Source: an uncultured Dehalococcoidia bacterium
GTDB taxonomy: Bacteria; Chloroflexota; Dehalococcoidia; Lucifugimonadales; UBA3495
NCBI GenBank assembly: GCA_950072105.1
Contig: CATMOE010000047.1
Coordinates: forward strand, 1 to 29,333
Length of the DNA stretch: 29,333 nt
Direction: 5' to 3'
Below, piece by piece: positions 25,610-29,333 of the stretch (position 1 is its first letter; the number at the start of each line of letters is the position of its first letter). The translations under genes were made by a program, and so were the position numbers. The notes beneath the pieces were generated by a model that was not told where the DNA came from, ran no database searches, and saw nothing but the letters and a program-made list of their open reading frames with translations.

Positions 25610-25646
25610 AAGCCCCCCTTTCGTAAAGGGGGGTTGGGGGGATTTC
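25610..25646. repeat. CCCCCCTTT-AAAGGGGG hairpin repeat (copy 2)
   Basis: AAGCCCCCCTTTCGTAAAGGGGGGTTGGGGGGATTTC, overlapping the MmgE/PrpD stop codon. Confidence 0.85.
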
Positions 25647-27048
25647 ACCCTCCCAAGATAGAGGCCAACCCGGTAACGTCTTCAACGTCCTCCAAGTTCC
25701 GGAACTGCCCGATGGCGCCGTCGATATGGTCTGGCGGCAAGATGTAGCGGCTGCAGTAGAGAAACTTGGCGTCCAACTCATCCGGCTCCAGGGGAAGCTC
25801 TGGGAAACCCCGGGCATACTCCACCCGGTGGCTGATCTCCTGGCCGCCTCCTATCCATAGGCTTACATCACAACTCAACGACGCCAGCCGACCCGAGTCC
25901 TGGCGGGATCGCCTATCAGGTTCCATCAGAACCACCGTCACCCGGTCCAACATCTCGCGCACCGCCGCGTCTTGAACCGCGGTATCGGTAAACTGCTCGA
26001 GAAGGGGTTGACCAAACAGCAAAGTTGAGGCCACCACATAGTTCAAGCTCGACCTGGCCTCCCATCCATCGACGGGATGGGAAAACGGCAGGGCCCGCAA
26101 CGAAGCCTCCGGCGCCTCTACCTTGACCGACTCAACCTGGTTGGGCTGGAATTGATATTGCTGAACAAGCTGCAACGTAGCTTCGATGGCGCTATGGCCG
26201 GCCGAATGACATGGATAGGTCTTCAATATGATGCCAGGTTGTAGGACCTCGTATGGATCCCCCAACCGGGAAAGTGCTTCGTCCTGATCGGCGGCGTTGC
26301 CGGTGCTGAAGCGGTCCAACAGTCCACCGGGTCCTTCGATGGCCTGCCGTGGACCGATGAATCCTTTCTCCGCCAACAACGCCGCGGACATGCCGGCCAT
26401 CGCCGCACGGCCGTTCCCCAAGGCCCGGCTGGGAGAAGCGAAACCGGCTTGGATCCCTCCGGCGCCATCGCAAGCTAACCCCAAGGCGCTCTCCATCCGG
26501 TCTTGGTCCAGTCCTAACAACCGGCCTGCGGCAGCCGCGGCGCCCACCGCTCCGGCGATCCCATCCACGGTGGCAATCCGTCCCAGGAGGTCCGGCGGTC
26601 CTAACATCCTCCTGAGCTTGCCGGTTATCTCACATCCCACCGCGAAGGCGTTCAGCACGTCCCGGCCGGTATCGCCATTCATCTCGGCCAGGGCCATAAC
26701 TACCGGGAAAATAACGCTGCTGGGGTGGATACCCAGGCCGGGGATCTCGTCGTCGAAGTCCAGTAGGTGGATCATCGCGCCGTTGGCTAGAGCGGCGTTC
26801 ACCGGGGAGGTGCGCAATCCCATGCCGATCACGGTGCACTTGCCGTTGCCGCCCATTTCCTGAACGAATCGGGTAATGGTGAGGCTCTCCGGTTGCCCTG
26901 CCCCGGCCAAAGCAGCAGCCGCTGCGTTGATCATCATATTTATGGAGACATCCTTGATCGGGGACGGCATCCCGCCCAAGGAGTGCTCCAGGGCAAATCG
27001 AACTAACCGCTGGGTGAAGCCCCCGGCCGGGACCTCGATCTGAGACAT
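25645..27048 (-). CDS. MmgE/PrpD family protein
   Basis: AALANG..IHLLDFDD, HPSSVIFP, IEGPGG, KTYPCH..GH, GFPELPL....LDAKF. Confidence 0.9.
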   Translation of the reverse strand: MSQIEVPAGGFTQRLVRFALEHSLGGMPSPIKDVSINMMINAAAAALAGAGQPESLTITRFVQEMGGNGKCTVIGMGLRTSPVNAALANGAMIHLLDFDDEIPGLGIHPSSVIFPVVMALAEMNGDTGRDVLNAFAVGCEITGKLRRMLGPPDLLGRIATVDGIAGAVGAAAAAGRLLGLDQDRMESALGLACDGAGGIQAGFASPSRALGNGRAAMAGMSAALLAEKGFIGPRQAIEGPGGLLDRFSTGNAADQDEALSRLGDPYEVLQPGIILKTYPCHSAGHSAIEATLQLVQQYQFQPNQVESVKVEAPEASLRALPFSHPVDGWEARSSLNYVVASTLLFGQPLLEQFTDTAVQDAAVREMLDRVTVVLMEPDRRSRQDSGRLASLSCDVSLWIGGGQEISHRVEYARGFPELPLEPDELDAKFLYCSRYILPPDHIDGAIGQFRNLEDVEDVTGLASILGG

Positions 27049-27121
27049 TAACGTTTTCCTGCGGAGGGAATTTGGGCGGCGCCGAAAGAAGCGCCCGGCA
27101 CAGACTGGGCGGGAGGGCCGC

Positions 27122-27157
27122 TTTAAAGAAGGCCGCTCTGGTTGGGAGAGCGGCCTT
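27122..27157 (-). terminator. Probable Rho-independent terminator after the Zn-ribbon/HTH gene
   Basis: 11-bp stem AAGGCCGCTCT/AGAGCGGCCTT with 7-nt loop, followed on the minus strand by CTTT. Confidence 0.6.
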
Positions 27158-27201
27158 GAATGAAAGAATACTAGGGGAAGTCCCTTTCCGCAACGGGCTG
27201 G

Positions 27202-27627
27202 TCAGGCGACGGCGGCCAAGGCTTCCCCTTCAGAGTTATTGGTCCGCAGATCGTGGAGGCGTTCCCGGATTATCCGGACCTGCCGCTCCCCGTGGGAAAC
27301 CAGGATCGAGATCTCCCGTACGCTAAGGCCCTGGTCCAGATACTTGACCACATCCCGGTTTCGCTCCCACCAGCGGCTGTCGCTGCGGTCCCGGGCCACG
27401 ATGCGGGAGTTAAGGTTCCGTGGCGAACGGCGCACCCTGGTCTTCCTCGGGCTGGGCATGATCTCTCCGATCGCCGCCGCCAGGCTGGGGTTTGGCGGTT
27501 CCTCCCGTTGGTCCAGAGATTCGATGATCGGATAGCAATACTGTCCACATTGCCAACAACGCCACTCCTCCCCATCCAACACCAGGTCTCCATTGCATTT
27601 CCGGCAATTCTTCAGTAGACACAACAT
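27202..27627 (-). CDS. Zinc-ribbon plus C-terminal HTH-like protein (putative regulator)
   Basis: CRKCNGDLVLDGEEWRCWQCG at the N-terminus; YLDQGLSVREISILVSHGERQVRIIRERL HTH-like; ATG 27627 with AAGGTGA SD (alternative start 27684). Confidence 0.7.
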   Translation of the reverse strand: MLCLLKNCRKCNGDLVLDGEEWRCWQCGQYCYPIIESLDQREEPPNPSLAAAIGEIMPSPRKTRVRRSPRNLNSRIVARDRSDSRWWERNRDVVKYLDQGLSVREISILVSHGERQVRIIRERLHDLRTNNSEGEALAAVA

Positions 27628-27736
27628 GCTTCTCACCTTTGATCCGCATTCTTTATTCAATCTTGGGTCTTTGCGGCTATTCATCTAGTTAAACCTTGTG
27701 GCCAATTTTGAACCATGACCGATGACTCACCTCCGG

Positions 27737-27752
27737 TGTGACGTGTAGCACA
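27737..27752. promoter_or_regulatory. CRP/FNR-family-like operator
   Basis: TGTGA-N6-GCACA, one mismatch to TGTGA-N6-TCACA, in a divergent intergenic region. Confidence 0.4.
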
Positions 27753-27950
27753 GTTCTTTCACCCATCGTCTTGATCAACATTGAGAAGGGAATCGGCCCC
27801 AGTGTTCGTGATAGATCCCTCCCAACCCGCAAGCCAGATACCGCGCCCTTCAATTTGCGTTGAACCTGCCGGTGATTTATGATTACTGGCGATGCCGTAG
27901 GGCGGTGGACGGGGTCCAAAAACCGCTAGAGTAAGAGGAGTAGGGGTCAT

Positions 27951-28724
27951 ATGAGTTACGAGTCCATTGCCATCGACCAACAGGACCGGGTAGCCATCAT
28001 TACGTTGAGCCGCCCAGAGGTCCTCAACGCGCTGAACCTCAATCTAGTCACCGAATTGGACGAAGCGATAACCCAGATGGAGCAGGACGACGGCGTGGGC
28101 GCCATCATCCTCACCGGCGCCGGCGACCGCGCTTTCTCCGCCGGGGCCGATATCCACGAAAACAGGGAGCTTGCTGACGAAGACCGAGAGAAGTTCACCG
28201 CCCTCCGAGCCGGCTATACCTGGCACCTGGCAACCTGCACCAAGCCGGTGATCGGGGCGATCAACGGCCTCTGCTACGGCGGCGGCACCGTTATGGCGAC
28301 CTCTTTGGACTTTCTGATCGGCTGCGAAAAATCCAGTTTCCGATTCCTGGCGGTGAACTACGGCCAGATGAACGCTACCTGGAGCCTGCCCACGATGGTC
28401 GGTTGGCCCAGAGTCAAGGAGTTGCTCTATAGCGGGCGCGAGGTGTTCGCCGACGAGGCATACCACATCGGCCTGATAAATCACCTGGTACCTTCGGAGC
28501 AGTTGATCGACAAGTCGGTGGAAGTTGCCGCCGGGATCGCCAAGAACCGCAGCGAAGGCGTGGCCAACATCAAACAGATGTTGCTGGAGCACACCGGGCT
28601 ACCCCTGGAGGAGCAGTTCCGCAACGAGGTCAGTGGACGCAAGGGGCGGTTCGCGGGCCTGTCGGTGGAAGAAGGCTTCAAAGACTTCCTGGAACGGAAG
28701 GGACGTAAACCCTTAGCCTCATAA
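27951..28724 (+). CDS. Enoyl-CoA hydratase/isomerase (crotonase) family protein
   Basis: ITLSRPEVLNAL, LTGAGDRAFSAGADI, KPVIGAINGLCYGGG, A.EAY.IGLIN. Confidence 0.92.
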   Translation: MSYESIAIDQQDRVAIITLSRPEVLNALNLNLVTELDEAITQMEQDDGVGAIILTGAGDRAFSAGADIHENRELADEDREKFTALRAGYTWHLATCTKPVIGAINGLCYGGGTVMATSLDFLIGCEKSSFRFLAVNYGQMNATWSLPTMVGWPRVKELLYSGREVFADEAYHIGLINHLVPSEQLIDKSVEVAAGIAKNRSEGVANIKQMLLEHTGLPLEEQFRNEVSGRKGRFAGLSVEEGFKDFLERKGRKPLAS

Positions 28725-28877
28725 AACGTCCAAGAAACCCGACGATCAAATCCCACGATCGGACCCAACGATCGTAAGACGATACGATTAACATCCCATA
28801 GCTCGACAATCCGGCCCCCGCCCCGATGTAATCGAGGTGGGGGTCTTGTTTGAGCCCAATCAAAAGGCTGGTCATCC

Positions 28878-29333
28878 TTGACCCAAACCCAAGACGCCAT
28901 CACCTTCACTCCGGCCAAATTAGCCCTAAAGGTAATCCCACCTATCGCGGTGTTCGGGGCCGTTCTTCTGGCTCCCACGCCCGACGGTCTGACGCCCCAG
29001 GGTCAGCGGGCCTTGGCGGTGATGGCCCTGGCGGTGGTCCTTTGGGCCACCGAAACCGTGCCCATCGCCGTGACTGGCATAGTCGGCATAGTACTCCTGG
29101 TCTTGGTAAAAGGCGTCCCCGGCGTTGAAGAGGCCCTTTACGGCTTCGGACAGCCGGTTACCTACTTTCTAGTGGGGATACTCACCCTGGGATTGGCGGT
29201 CCAACGATCGGGCCTGGCCGAGCGGATGGCGGTTTACCTCATCCAGTTGGCCGGCGGCAGCCCCCGCTTGCTGTACGTGCAGATGTTGGTGTCCTTCGCC
29301 GCGTTGACCTTCGCTCTGCCCTCGGCCAGCACC
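28878..29333 (+). CDS. SLC13/DASS family permease (3'-truncated by window edge)
   Basis: Frame not in ORF track: MTQTQDAITF...APTPDGLTPQGQRALAVMALAVVLWATETVPIAVTG...ALYGFGQPVTYFLVG...SGLAERMA...LPSAST; TTG start. Confidence 0.85.
   Translation, partial: MTQTQDAITFTPAKLALKVIPPIAVFGAVLLAPTPDGLTPQGQRALAVMALAVVLWATETVPIAVTGIVGIVLLVLVKGVPGVEEALYGFGQPVTYFLVGILTLGLAVQRSGLAERMAVYLIQLAGGSPRLLYVQMLVSFAALTFALPSAST

Noticed and set aside
25478..25648. N-terminal extension of the quinone oxidoreductase (MKSPQPPFTKGG...)
   Set aside because: Translation through repeat DNA; the SD-supported start is 25477
27060..27200. Multi-hairpin region as a riboswitch upstream of the MmgE/PrpD gene
   Set aside because: No recognisable aptamer consensus; adequately explained by a terminator plus GC-rich stems
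28850..29128. 92-aa plus-strand ORF from the track
   Set aside because: Wrong frame; the transporter is encoded in the frame starting at 28878 and runs off the window

Overview
GC-rich bacterial chromosomal window dominated by catabolic and redox genes: two luciferase-like monooxygenases, F420-dependent NADP reductase, HpaB-type monooxygenase, two VOC proteins, a LigB-type dioxygenase, a ThDP enzyme, GGT, a PIG-L deacetylase, oxaloacetate decarboxylase, SDR, quinone oxidoreductase, MmgE/PrpD, enoyl-CoA hydratase and a thiolase-DUF35 pair. This gene mix suggests SAR202/Dehalococcoidia-type Chloroflexota (inference only). No rRNA, tRNA, CRISPR array or intact transposase was seen. Main observations not in the ORF track: (1) a tandem pair of 38-aa and 47-aa desulforedoxin-like C-x2-C-x15-CC miniproteins with their own promoter (5374-5769); (2) two inverted 67-bp elements with a perfect 36-bp palindrome and a compensatory base-pair change, bracketing a DUF429 / cupin / DUF2851 block, each abutting an outward extended -10 promoter; (3) six distinct families of short palindromic intergenic repeats; (4) a decayed C-terminal gene remnant at 5874-6010. 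All family assignments come from motif recognition, not database searches.
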